From NCBI RefSeq assembly GCF_963921235.1, contig NC_086108.1, forward strand, positions 54,810,001 to 54,874,000: a DNA stretch of 64,000 bases, read 5' to 3'. Within the stretch, counting starts at the first letter, position 1. Every line of letters begins with the position of its first letter. The position numbers were made by a program, and so were the translations under genes. Below, piece after piece: positions 51,140 to 63,644 of the stretch. Below the pieces are notes generated by a model that was given only the letters and a program-made list of their open reading frames with translations, was not told the DNA's origin and did no database searches. This stretch comes from Mobula hypostoma. Lineage: Eukaryota.

Positions 51140-52690
51140 ACAGTTCCTACTTATGTTGTACTCTGTCCATTTTATCAATCTGAGCAGTTCTATGTCTTTT
51201 ACCTCTTATTTCACCATTATTCTGAGACACATGTCATGTGCAAGTTTCCTTCTGCCATTCACAAAGCACCTTGCTGCTTTGATGTTTGTCTTCCCTCTAC
51301 TTTGCTGCCTATTCCCCATAACTGATTCCACTTTAGGGCAATATCTATTACTCTACATTTCTTTTCAGTTGTGTTTTAGCCATTCGACTGGTAGCACTCC
51401 TCCTTATGAATCCCAGGTTTGTGTGTTTCTCACTCTCACTTAAAAATTCCTGAGTGAGTCAGAGATGCTAAACGGATGCACTGTGGTGGTACTTCGGTGA
51501 AAAAGAACTGAGTTATCCCAGTGTTGTGGCAAGAAAGGGGAATAGAAACTTTGGATGGAAGCATTTATATTGTTGGTTTATGTAGGGAACAAGTAGAGAA
51601 GCCGAGTAAAGAGGAAGATTTTGGGAGTGGCAAATCTGAAGTATGGGAGAAAAAGTAGTGAGAGAAGCCATTTCAGGATGAAGGCAGGATGAAGGCAGAA
51701 GGAAAGCTGGAGTAAGTTTGGTGAGTAAGAGGAAGGGTGTAAAATCTGATGACAGTCATGGTGATAGAAGTCCATGCCTTCTCTACTTAGAATTTAGGGA
51801 TGTTAGATAGATTTAAGAACTCGGTGGTGTAGGAAAAAGTGTCTTGGATGATTGTTTTCCTCTCTTCTGAGGAGAAGGTGCATCATCTATCACCTTGGTA
51901 CTTGACAGTTGAATGGTGTTTTGAAGGTTGGGTTGTCAAATTGTGCTTTACTGTGGAGTATGAGAGAGAGAGCAAGGGAGAATAATTGGGAACACCTGCT
52001 TCTAGAAGATTTTCAAATGTCTGAGAGTCGTCCACCAAGCTGGGTGTAGTCTAACTTGAACAGACTTTGGTCTACTTAAACAGGAAATGTTAAGTTTTTT
52101 TCTAGTTTTATTTTTAAAGTACAGTTCATTATTTATTTGGAAATCAAATAAAATACTTCTAAATTAATGTATTAAAAGGAGCAAGTACTTTAAGCATGTT
52201 ATGTCTTAATTATGAAAATTACAAGTAATGAGGTTTGAAATGTTTCATAATTGGGTGAGGGAAGGTAGTGGGGGCTGGAACAATAATCTGTTGATGACTT
52301 TCATGTTCCAGGATGTGAATGGTTACTACAGTATTTGATTAGTTCTTAACTATCTGAAAGAATCTTGGTCAACACCAAAATGTTACAGCTAACTTGAACC
52401 AGAAACACACTCAATGTGTTCTTTGTACAGGGTAGCCTTAAGCAATGTTTTTGAACTGCAGTGGAAAGGCATTTTTCATATAGCCTTTGTAATAGAATAG
52501 CTGTTCTGGGCAGAATATTATTACCAATAAAAAAGCCAGATTGTCATGGCTGGTATCGATTCCTGGCTCTAGTACAACAAATTTATAGAAAACTGCTGGC
52601 TGAATTTGATCTATGTTTTAAAGGTAGAAATTAAAATAAAAATAGGCTGCATTGATGAAAAGGATTATGCAGTGATTAACTTATTTACCA

Positions 52691-52785
52691 ACATACATCA
52701 AAGTTGCTGGTGAACGCAGCAGGCCAAGCAGCATCTATAGGAAGAGGCGCAGTCGACGTTTCAGGCCGAGACGCTTCGTCAGGAC
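52691..52785 (-). mobile_element. PLE-derived mini-element (about 95 bp) with a hammerhead motif
   Basis: TSD acttatttacca (52679-52690 and 52784-52795). The minus strand reads agtc-CTGACGA-agcgtctcggcct-GAAA-cg-TC-gact. Confidence 0.87.
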
Positions 52786-53810
52786 TTATTTACCATTCTG
52801 TTTTCTTTTCCCTGTTCAATAAACATGATAAAACTTAAATTATATACTCAAATTTTAGGAAATATATTTTTGGGATTATAAGTAAATTACATAATTTCAG
52901 TCTAAAATGACAAGCAGTTGTGAAGGAGAATCAAGGAACTAATTTCTGAAAGGATTTAGAATTTGGCTGGCCTTAAGCTGTTCAAAAATCCTAACAAATA
53001 CATTACTTAAATTATAGGATTTTAAGGAATTGAAGGACTGAAAGGCACCATTTAATCCCTCATAGCAAAGTAGAATCAACTCAATGCATGTCCTTTCCCT
53101 TTCAGCTTGATTTATTAATTTGGTCTTTATCAAATATTTATCCACTTTTGAATTCAGCCTTCATCATTGTTTCTAGTGAAAATTTTGCATCCTTCTAACC
53201 TCCTGAAAGATGTAATATTTTCTATCCTTTCATTAATTATGTTACAAATTTACATTTCACGTTTTGTAGTGGAATTGTTTTTTCATCTTTTATCTTTAAA
53301 AAGAGTAGTCGTAATTTGAGTTCAATTGGGTATACATTTAACTTTTTAATGGGAAGGGTCCAACGTTTCCCTTTATCTTTATTCCTGGTATCTTTCAGAA
53401 ATATCTTTTGTACCCTTATTGTGGCTATTGTTGTGTTTAAATACAGGTGGAACATTCCATTCTCCTTGCTATCAATTAGAAAGATCAGTAAGTGAGAATT
53501 ATTTGAATCAGAGCAGAAAAGAAATTGAATGGGTAATTGAAAGATGTTAACCAGGCTAGTTATCCAAATGACTTTGCAGGTGAAGGTCGAGATTAGTAAC
53601 ATGGAGTTGGATGGAAGGGAATATTTGGATCATGTCAAGCCAATGTAGTTCACCAAATTCTGAATTAATTTTTGTAATTATATTATAAAATCCTACATTC
53701 TCATTTATTTATCATTGAAATTGGATATGTAAACTTCTCATGCTGTAGTTACATCCACTTGTTACTGGATGGTGCTAAAGTGCTTCATTTGGGGGAAGAT
53801 GTAATTATGG

Positions 53811-56800
53811 TGTAGGTTTTCGTAAATAAAACAACAGAGGCGTTTTAAGTTTAAGGGAAACCATAACAACTCCTTTATTCTCAACCCAACATTGAACATA
53901 AAGTGCGGTAAAAACTTCACAACATTACGTCATCACGTCAGTCCAGCTTCTTGAGGTGAACCCAAGTCAATATCGGTGGTTGTGAATTATGCCTATTTCC
54001 ATCCATTACATCACCCTGTGCAGAACTTCACCCCCCCCCGCCCCAAGAATTCACCAAAACTGCCATTGTAAGCCTGTCTGGAGTTCAGATGAGCTGTCCG
54101 GCTCAGGTCCTGTGTTCCAGGCTGGAGTAACAAGTGCCTCTGGCTTGTCCAGAGGTGTGTTGACATGCTTGTGGTCCTGTTGTGATGCTGGGGCACGGTA
54201 ACGGAATCCTCTAAATCTTGGTGGGCTGGTTTAAGGTGATATACTGAAATCCATTCAGGTTTACCCCTCCTATCTATGATAAAAGCCTTTTCTCTCCATT
54301 CCAAAATGTGGAATGAGCCATCGTAAGGAGGCCTAAGGGAATGGTGGCGTGTGTCATGGTGGATGTATATGAACAAGGTAGAATGTACATCAATAGGAAC
54401 CCAAGAGTGCTGTACCCCATGATGGGAGGTAGGAATAGGTGCAAAGGAATTGAGCTTACTGAGGAGGGTGGAAACACTGTTGAGTGGCCGATCAGGTGGT
54501 CTTGGCATTAGGAATAAAACCACCTGGCACTCGTAGTGGCTGCCTGTATACCAACTCAACCGTGGATAACTGCAGGTCCTCTTTTGGAGTTATTCTGGGG
54601 CCTAGCATTTCCCACGGAAGACAATCATGCCAACATTCATCAGTCTGGGAAGCCCTCAGACGGACCTTTGAGGAGCGGTGGAACTGCTGCATAGGTCATT
54701 GGACTGTGGGTGATACACCATGGTGTGATAGAGCCTAACGCCAAGGTTCTGGGCCATCACAGCCCAGAAGTCTGATGTGAATTGGGGAACGTAGTCAGAG
54801 GAAATATCAGCTAGGGTGCCAAACTGAGCTATACAGGTGCTGACGAACGCCCGAGCCACATCTGCAGCCGTCATCGATGTGAGAGGGATGACCTCTGGCT
54901 AGCTGGTGGTATGGTCCACCTTGATAAGGAGGAGCATGAAACAGCAGGAGGGGTAAGAGGACTAACCAAGTTCACATTGACATGGTAAAACAGTGGCTTA
55001 GGGATCTCATAAGGTGCCTGATCATGACAGTTAATTTTCGCTCACTGGTATTCAACCCAGGCTGTACTCCAATCACACACAGTCCTCTCTAAAGCCATGA
55101 CACACAAACTTTAGTGCAATCAGTGTCTGTGAGGACTTCCGGCCCGGATGCAAGAGGTTGTGATTGGAACTAAAAACAGTGTGCCTCCAGTTTGCGGGCA
55201 CCATGGGGCAAGAGTGACTGGTTCAAGACATTGCATAGGAGAGAAACCCCAACTTCCCCAAACTTAATAGCAGGCCTGTGACCCTGGACCTCTGGGTCAA
55301 TAGATTGGTCAGGTGCCAGGCTGGCATAGTCAGCCCCTATGTGTACAGCCTCAAGGGCTAGCCATGAGAGCCAATCAACCTATGGCATTTTTTTTCCCCT
55401 TTAAATGTTGTGTATCAGCTGTGAACTTTGATAAGTAGGCCAGATGGTGTTGCTGCCATGCAGACCAAGGGTCTGATATTTTGGCCATCATGTGCATGAG
55501 GAGTTTGTTGTCAATGAGCGCTGTGAAATGGTGACTCTAGTAGAAAATGAAAATGGTAGACAGCCAGGTAGAGACCGAGAAGCTCACGGTGAGATGTGCT
55601 GTTCTTTCTTTCAGGAGGATGGAACTGCCAGGTGAAGAAGGCGAGAGGCTGCCACATGCCTCTGATCAACTGTTTGTGCTCAGCACCCACAGCATAGTTC
55701 GAAGTGTCAGTAGTGATGGCTAGGGGTGTGTTGAGGAGTGGATGCGCCAGTGGGGTCGTGTTAGAAAGAGCTCATTTGGTGTCATCAAATGCTCTGGTCA
55801 TATCCGCTGGCCAGTCAAGCACGTGATTAGAGGCATTCCCTTTAAGGGCACTTTGCAAAGTGGCATAAGGTCATGGATTGAAATGGTGATAGAAATTCAC
55901 CATACCTAAAAACTCTAGTAATTTATTAGTATTTGGGGTGATGGGAAATTATAATAGTGGCTATTGATGGGAGAGGTTTTGCCCCTTCTGTGGAGATACG
56001 ATGGCTGAGAAAGTCAATGGTTGACAACCCAAACTGGAATTTAGCAGGATTAATAATCAATCTGTGTTGGTTTAAGCACTTGAAAAGTGTGAGGAGATGT
56101 GATGCCTGTTTGGATTTGGATGCATTGGCAATAAGTATGTCATCCAGGTAAACAAAAAACAAGAAACTAAGAGAAAGTCTAAGTTTTTTAATACAGAGTC
56201 CATCAGCTGTTGAAAAGTCTGTGCTGTATTTTTCAGTCCAAACGGCATGTGTAGAAACTCAGAGGCCAAATGGGGTTATCACAGCTGTTTTGGGAATGTC
56301 CTCTGAGCACACGGGCACCTGATGTTAGCCCCAAACTCAGTCAACTTTAGAAAAAATTAAATGTCTGGCTAAACATGTTGAAAAGTCTTGGATGTGTGGG
56401 ACTGGGTAGAGATCAGGGGTGGTAACTTTGTTAAGGCATCAGTAATCATCACATGGGTAGCAACCACCATCAGGCTTAGTGACCATGTGGAGGGGCAAAG
56501 CCCAGCGGCTATTTGGCCCGTGTACAATACCAAGACTTGCCATGTTAGTAAGCATACCCTTTGCGGTTGACAGCTTTTCTGGGTCCAGTCTACAGACATG
56601 GACATTGACTGGCAGGCCAGTTATGGAAATGTGGTGCTTGACCCCATGTTTTTTGACTAGTGGAGAATTTGGGCTTGGTGATGTTTGGGAATTTACCCAG
56701 CAATCGAGTAAACTCACATGTGGTGGTGCATGCGTTTGACAGATTTGTTGAGGGGAACTTACTGAGGGAGCAGGGTAATGAACCAAAATCCTTGACATCC

Positions 56801-58041
56801 ACAAGTTGTCAGTTCTTAAGATCAACAAACAGTCCTTGTGCACACAGGAAATCTGCACTGAGCATATGTCCAGCCACTTTAGCCAGGACGAAGTCCCATG
56901 TGTAACATCGTCCACTGATGCAGAGCGTCACATGTCACGTCCTGTAAGTTTGGATCCTGCTGCGATTGGCGGCTTCCAGCGAGGTGTTGTCACTCTCTGC
57001 CTTCTAAATAACAGATGATGCTGGCAGCACACTCACTTCAGCATCCGTGTCACACAAGAAGCATCATCTAAAAGGATGTCTGTAATGAACAGTAGACAGC
57101 CCTGGCAGCTGGAACCCATGGTGTTCACAGACCTCTGATGTCCTGATCCTCTGGCACTGTTGAAGCTGTAAGGTGATCAGCACTTCCTAGCATTTGTACC
57201 AAAGTGAGTGTGGTAAAAGCACAGACCCACCATTGGCTGTTTCGCAGCTGCAGCTGTGTGTGTGTTGGAGGCCCTGCTGACCGGGCTTGTTGAGGCTGGG
57301 AACAGAGGAGGAATGATGTATCTCTACCTGGCTGAGTGTGGACTATCAGCTCTCTTAGCAAACTCCCTATCGTCACTCACAAGTACGTTAGTGCGAGCTA
57401 TGCAAAATTGCTCAGGCATTTGTTGCATAAAGAGTTCTTTAAAAATAAAACAAGGATGGTGATTTTCCTGGAGTTTTCCTGGAGTTCATTAGCTCTGAAG
57501 GCCTAGCATCCCCCAGGTCAAGCAAGGAGAACAACTGTTTGATGTGCTCAGATTCTGATAGTCCAAAAGTCTGTAATAAGCAAGTTTTCAGTGTGTGGTA
57601 TTTATTGCGTTCAGACTAGTGTTCAAGCAGACTCACCACTCTCACTGCTGTGGAATTTGCCAAACGATACTACTATGTAGTAATATCGGGTGTTGTCTGC
57701 AGAGATTTCTCACAGCATGAACACAAACCAAGCAACGGCATTTTGCTCCCAAAACTCCAGCAGTTTTAAAATGACTGCATTTGTTTAATTATTCTGGAAT
57801 CGACCTACAAAATTGGGGTCACCAATGTGGGTTTTTATAAATAAAATGGCAGAGGCATTTTACGTTTAAGGGAAACCGTAAAATGTCCTTTATTCTCAAC
57901 CCAACACAGGACATAAAGCGCGGTAAAAACTTCACCTAATTAAGTCATCACATCAGACCAGCCTCTCAAAGTGAACCCCAATCCAATGTCGGTGGTTGTG
58001 AATTATACATATGTTTCCACTCATAACATTACCCTGCAACA
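53811..58041 (-). mobile_element. Decayed full-length Ty3/Gypsy LTR retrotransposon
   Basis: LTRs of about 210 bp (53811-~54022 and 57826-~58041). PBS TGGTGACCCC at 57815-57824(-). G-rich PPT near 54031-54044(-). Protease FLCDTDAEVSVLP, RT PFGLKN..TFQ and YLDDILI, RNase H TDTS.YAVG, integrase SD..PQFTS and YHPQSN, in PR-RT-RH-IN order. Many stops and frameshifts; no clear TSD. Confidence 0.9.
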
Positions 58042-59384
58042 GTTTGCCAAGTTTTCCATTACCATTTTAAATGTGAACATAAAAACTTAAAGGAAAAATC
58101 TGACAGAAGATTTGCAAGCATATCTTGGCATAATTAGTTTGCTATGGAATGAATTGCAGGACCACTAATTTACAATGACTGTTACTAAATTCTGCTTGTA
58201 AAAAGATATTGATACTTTATCTTGCTATTTGAGAATTCCATATTACAATCAATAATACTCTGAAAATTAGGCGAATGTGATTTTTGCATATTCTTTTCCC
58301 TTTAACTCATTTTAAAATATCTTTTCCATTGCTTTAAAGTTGTGAATGCAGAGTAACTTTGTAAGCACATGCACCAATTGCATAGTAGGAAGTTGTTGAG
58401 GATATTAGGAGAAAAAAATGCTGGAAGAGCTCAGCAGTTTGGGCAGACTGTTTGGAGAGAGAACTGAAATTTATGTTCCCAATTTGATAATTGAGAACTG
58501 ATGAAAGTTTATTGGCCTGAAATGCTAAATCTGTCTATTTTCACAGATCATGGAATTACTGGTAATTAGAAATATATAGAAGGAAATTTGTTTCATCATC
58601 TACTTAAGTTGTTGCTGGGATAGGAAATGGGTATCTACCTACTGGGATTTGGGAGAGACGACAGTGTTTTGTCATTATGAACTAGAAGTCTGCTTCACTC
58701 AAGGATTTGCTCAAATTCAACAAGAGGAACATCAGCAAAGGCAATAACAGGTATGCTGTGATTAGCCTGTTTAGTTTTCTGTCTCAATTTCTTCAGAAAT
58801 GAACAATGTGAATTTTACTTGAATTAAGAATTTGCTGTTTATCCTGCAATTATACTTCCATTTTCCTGTATGAATAAGTAGAATTTCATGGAAGAGACGC
58901 ATAATTCACAGCTAACAGAATGATGCTGTTCTATCATGGAAATGTGAGATGCCAGGATGTTTTTTGAACTGTTCATTTAAAAAAAACTACACTCTGTTTT
59001 TGGATTTTGGTCCTGACGATCAAGAGACATGTGTAAGAGAGAAAGGCTATTCACATCATTTCTTTACTGATCCTTCTAATTAGATCCCATAGTCCATTTC
59101 TTTTCCTTTCATAGTATCTAGCCAATATCTCAGGATCCTTCTTTTCATTATTGAACTACTGGTCACATTGTATGGTAATTTGTATGAAAAACCTCCTAAC
59201 ATTGTTATTACATTTTGCCTTTTACTGGTATGAACATGTATATCTTTGAAGTTCTTGTTTCATATAAAGTGAAATTTGAGATTTTATTGTGATTATTATC
59301 TCCAAAGTGTCTGCTTTAATAGCTGATCAACAACTTCTGATTCCAGTAACATAATTTAATGATCCATATGGATATTTTAATTCC

Positions 59385-59612
59385 ACCATGGACAGTCCCA
59401 AGCCCGGCTGCAAAAGGCGGGTTGGGCATGAGGCCAGCAGCACCATTCTGTAAAAACCCAGTGCTACAGAAACTCCAAAGACCTCATCCTTGGGAGAGGA
59501 AGGTTCTTCGATGGACTACACCCGGGGACAACTTGAAAGACTGGCCCAGGACAGAGGATTCTGGCAAGCTGCTGTCAGTGGCCTATGTCCCAGTAGGGGT
59601 CATGGGCTTAAT
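59385..59612 (+). mobile_element. Short RTE-clade deletion derivative
   Basis: The 3' part encodes GQLERLAQDRGFWQAAVSGLCP (RTE-like C-terminus). It is joined directly to a GC-rich 5'-UTR-like segment. Confidence 0.55.
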
Positions 59613-59678
59613 CAGAAAATATGGAATTGGAATTGGTTGATTATTGTTACATGCACAGTGAAAAAAACATTTTCCATA

Positions 59679-60181
59679 GAACCATAGAACATTACAGCAC
59701 AGAAACAGTCCTTTTGGCCCTTCTTGGCTGTGCTGAACCATTTCTCTGCCTAGTCCCACTGACCTGCACCTGGACCATATCCTTCCATACACCTCTCATC
59801 CATGTACCTTGTCCAAGTTTTTCTTAAATGTTAAAGGTGAGCCCTCATTTACCACTTTATCTGGCAGCTCATTCCACACTCCCACCACTGTCTGTGTGAA
59901 GAAGCCCCCCCCCAATGTTCCCTTTAAACTTTTCCCCCTTCACCCTTAACCCATGTCCTCTGGTTTTTTTCTCCCCTAGCCTCAGTGGAAAAAGCCTGCT
60001 TGCATTCACTCTATCTATACCCATCATAGTTTTATATACCTCTATCAAATCTCCCCTCATTCTTCTACGCTCCTAACCTATTCAACCTTTCTCTGTAACT
60101 CACTTTCTCAAGTCCCGGCAACATCGTTGTAAACCTCTGCAATCTTTCAACCTTATTAATATCCTTCCTGTAATTTGGTAA
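59679..60181 (-). mobile_element. CR1 3' fragment inserted into a Rex1/Babar-like 3' fragment (about 59625-60480, -)
   Basis: ORF 59869-60060(-) reads RGDLIEVYK...RGH. (ccatagaa)n tail. Duplication ttccata at 59672-59678 and 60182-60188. Confidence 0.8.
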
Positions 60182-60489
60182 TTCCATATACATCATTTCA
60201 TTACAACAGTCTTGGAGATAGTGCAAGGAAAAAAAAATGCAGAATACAGTAATGTGTTACAGAGAAAGTGCAGAGCAGGCAAACAATAAGATGCAAGGCC
60301 ATAACAAACTTGTGAGGTTTAGAGTCCGTCTTATTGTACTAGTGGACCATTCAGTAGTTTTACAGCAATCGATAGAAGCTGTCCTTGAGCCTGATGTTGC
60401 ATACTTTCAGACTTTTGCACCTTCTACTCAATAGTAGAAGAGAGAATGTCTGGGGTGAGTGGTGTGTGATTATGTTGGCTGCTTGGTAA

Positions 60490-61020
60490 TAACATCTCCT
60501 CCACATTGATAATCAACATAGGTGAATCTCAGGGATGCATGCTTAGCCCACTGCTCTATTCTCTCTACACTCATGACTGTCTGACTGAACATAGCTCAAA
60601 TGATGACACCACTATTGTCTCAGATGAGGTAGATCAGCTGGTTGAGTGATGTTGCTACAAAAACCTCACACAATGTCAGCAAGTCCAAGCAATTTGACTT
60701 GTGGACTTCAAGAAGGTGAAGTTGGGAGAACACACACGAGACCTCATTGTGGGGCCAGTGATGGAGAAGGTGAATAGATTTAAGTTCCAGGGCATCAACG
60801 TCTCAGAGGACCTATGCTAGGCCCAACGCATTGATGCCTTCACAAAGAAGGAATGCTAGTGGCTCTATTTTATCAGGAGTTTCAGGAGATTTGCTATGTC
60901 ACCATTGACTTAAATTTCTGTGAGCGTACAGTAGAGAGCATTCTCTCTGGTTGCATCTCAGCCTGGTATGAAGGCTCCAATGCACAGGATCGCCAGAGGC
61001 TGCAGATTGTTGTAGATTCA
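60490..61020 (+). mobile_element. Degenerate Rex1/Babar-like RT fragment
   Basis: QGCMLSPLLYSLYTHDC near 60530 and ESILSGCISAWY in ORF 60853-61053. Confidence 0.7.
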
Positions 61021-61934
61021 GGAAAAATGAACAGACTATTTTCTGTTCTATGAGGTGACATAAAGCCAAAGAAAATACTATCCTAGACTATAATCACTAA
61101 AGTGTTTCAGTTTAGGAACAACTTGTAGCAGCTTTGGTTTTGTTGTACAAGAAGTCTTAGTATATTTTTAATTGGTAAAATCGTGAAACACAATTATAAT
61201 AAAACTCATTGTAAATCACTCAGCTGTATAGTCTTCAAGATCAGTGGACCAAACAAATGTGTCAGAATGATGATAGACACATTTCTCACTCATAATTAAA
61301 CTTCAAAAATTTCTTGAAGTCCTTAAACTCCACTGTTGACTATCTGGCATTCCCACCCCAAGCTACAAGTTGTGACCTATGTTAGGACTTGGAGCAATCA
61401 ATCTGTTTCACAGCAAAGTATACTTATTCAGCAGACTGAAAAGCAAACATTTAGACTATATACTAAGTTTATTTAAAAAGAAACTAAGATATTCTGAACT
61501 ATAACAGACAGAACTTTTGACCAAGATTTCACTAATGTCAAATAAAAGTAGCAAAATACAGTAGGTGGTGGAAAATGCAGATTATGTTGTTGACAATATT
61601 TTTAGGTACTAGTGCTAGTTTGTTACAGAGTGGAAGATGACTGAGTTAATATTTCTGCTTGGAAAAATGATATCACAATAGACAACTGTTATCCTACTTA
61701 CATATAGTCTCTTCATGGTGCGCTTTATGATACATTTAATTTTATAGGGCATGAGGATTCAAGTTTATACCTGGTATTGGATAGCAAACTCTGCAATATT
61801 CCAGACCTTCATTGCATATCAAAGGTGTATGTGGAGAGAAAAATGTGAAGAGTGTTAGGTCAATATAGGAAATTCAAATAAATTGTCAGTAATTTTGTTT
61901 CTGATTATTCATTTTAACTTTTCCATTCAAACTT

Positions 61935-62760
61935 TCTGATCCAGTAATCTAGATGTCTGGATAAACAATCCAGAGACCAATTCAAATCCCACCAGGATCA
62001 TCATACAAAAATCCATTTGATCACATATGCCCTTCAGGGAACTGAATTCTCCATCCTTGCCCAGTCTGGCCTGTACACAACTCCAGAAGCACCCCAAGCA
62101 GTTGGCTCTTAAGTGCCCGAACAAAGCCACTCTGTTAGCCACTCATGCTTCAATACTGTTGCATTCAAACAGAAAGAAATAAAAATGGACATAGATACCG
62201 ACACTGAATTTCAACATAAAGTTGGTCTCTATGTGGCCAAGCTGGCAAAATCCTCCTCACAAACATCTAGGGCCTAGTCTAGACTGGGAAACTGCTTAGG
62301 CAACAGCTTGGCGTGGCTTTTCTCACAGAATGATACCATGCAGATACTGTACCAGACACCTCCATCACAAGCCTTGGGTACGTCGTGTCCAATGGCAGTA
62401 CAGCTCACAAGAGGTGATAGCACAAGTGATATATATTTAAGAAAGAGTATCTGTTAGAGCCCTCAACATTGACTCCAGATTCCATGAAATGTCATGGTCG
62501 CAGGTCCAATGGTGAAAAATTCTCAGAATTGAGCAATCTTCGAAATAATACTGAAAATGGGAAGATTACAGAATGAACTCTGGATGAACTTCAAGAGTGG
62601 TTTGTCAGCACCAGCACTTACCAAGCTGGCTGAGTATCCAAGGCAATAGCTGCCGGTCAGAATCTGTGGTAGCAACTGGGTGAACCAACAGGAGGATTGA
62701 CCATTTTACCTGTGGCAGGTGTATCAGTTTCCAAAAGCACTTATAGCCGTGACACTGAGC
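61935..62760 (+). mobile_element. Ancient LINE 5' region and endonuclease remnant (probably CR1 group)
   Basis: Degenerate APE-like codons (LTE, PDTSIT.LGY, LNIDS..HEMSW). Heavily decayed. Confidence 0.4.
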
Positions 62761-63009
62761 AATCCTTGACTTCATGCTGGTAAAGGTGCATCTACTAAGT
62801 ACTGATTTGAAAGAGCTGAGTAATTATGCAATTATTTTGAGTTTAATCATTGCAATAAATTTAGACTAATTAGTAGAAATTTGTTTTGCACTTTGACGGA
62901 GAAGTGTCTTTGCTGTTGATCAGTGTCAGAAAAGCCAAATTAAATCCACTGTAATTCAATGTTGTAAAATAATAAAACACGAATACTTTTTATCAACATT
63001 GTATATATA

Positions 63010-63575
63010 TGAAACACTCTGGTTTTGTTGGCTGCGTAAGTCGAGGGAAGGCAATCTCTGGCCCCACCAAATTTGGGAGATGGAAGCACAAGCCCCCCAC
63101 AAAACCCCCTGTTTCTGGGATGCTGCGTAAAATTCATTACCCTATTACAAATAGGGACCACGAAATAACAGATAGTGCATTGCATTCAATTAAATGATTT
63201 AGCTTTATAATTCTTAATTTGACTAAGGGGTTAGTAAAGAAAAAACAAAAAGAAAAGGGCTGATTTTAATGAAACAGTCTAATGTGCACAAGTTGGAGCT
63301 CATGGTTTCCCATTTGCTGATCCTCCTTTGGTTTCCCCAGGCTTCGTTGAATCATGGCCCCGCTCTGGGTCGAGCCCTACAACCTCTTCTCTCCAACATC
63401 CTCTCCCTTCATCTCCTGCCGAACAAAAGACCCCACTCACCCCGGTGTCAGGCACACATTGTGAAAAACACACTCCCTTCATTGGACAGCTCACATTCCA
63501 AAGCACTCGTTATCTCTAACCATAACAGCTTCTACAGAAAGACATTAGCAGTGAAACCTTTCCCAGGGTGTTGCA
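63010..63575. mobile_element. Solo LTR (566 bp)
   Basis: TG...CA ends with an imperfect 13-bp inverted repeat (tgaaacactctgg / ccagggtgttgca) and TATA on both flanks (63006-09 and 63576-79). Confidence 0.75.
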
Positions 63576-63644
63576 TATATTTTCCCCATTCTTTAAATTG
63601 AACCTCTATTTAAAAGACTGGAATCTCCGATCCTATACTAGGTC

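Noticed and set aside
50684..51325. Two opposite-strand ORFs sharing identical peptides
   Set aside because: This is an artefact of the 241-bp palindrome.
58547..58561. Micro-exon (cacag|ATCATGGAATTACTG|gtaatt) as a LEPR start exon
   Set aside because: The acceptor is part of a decayed PLE terminal repeat and the peptide does not resemble a signal peptide.
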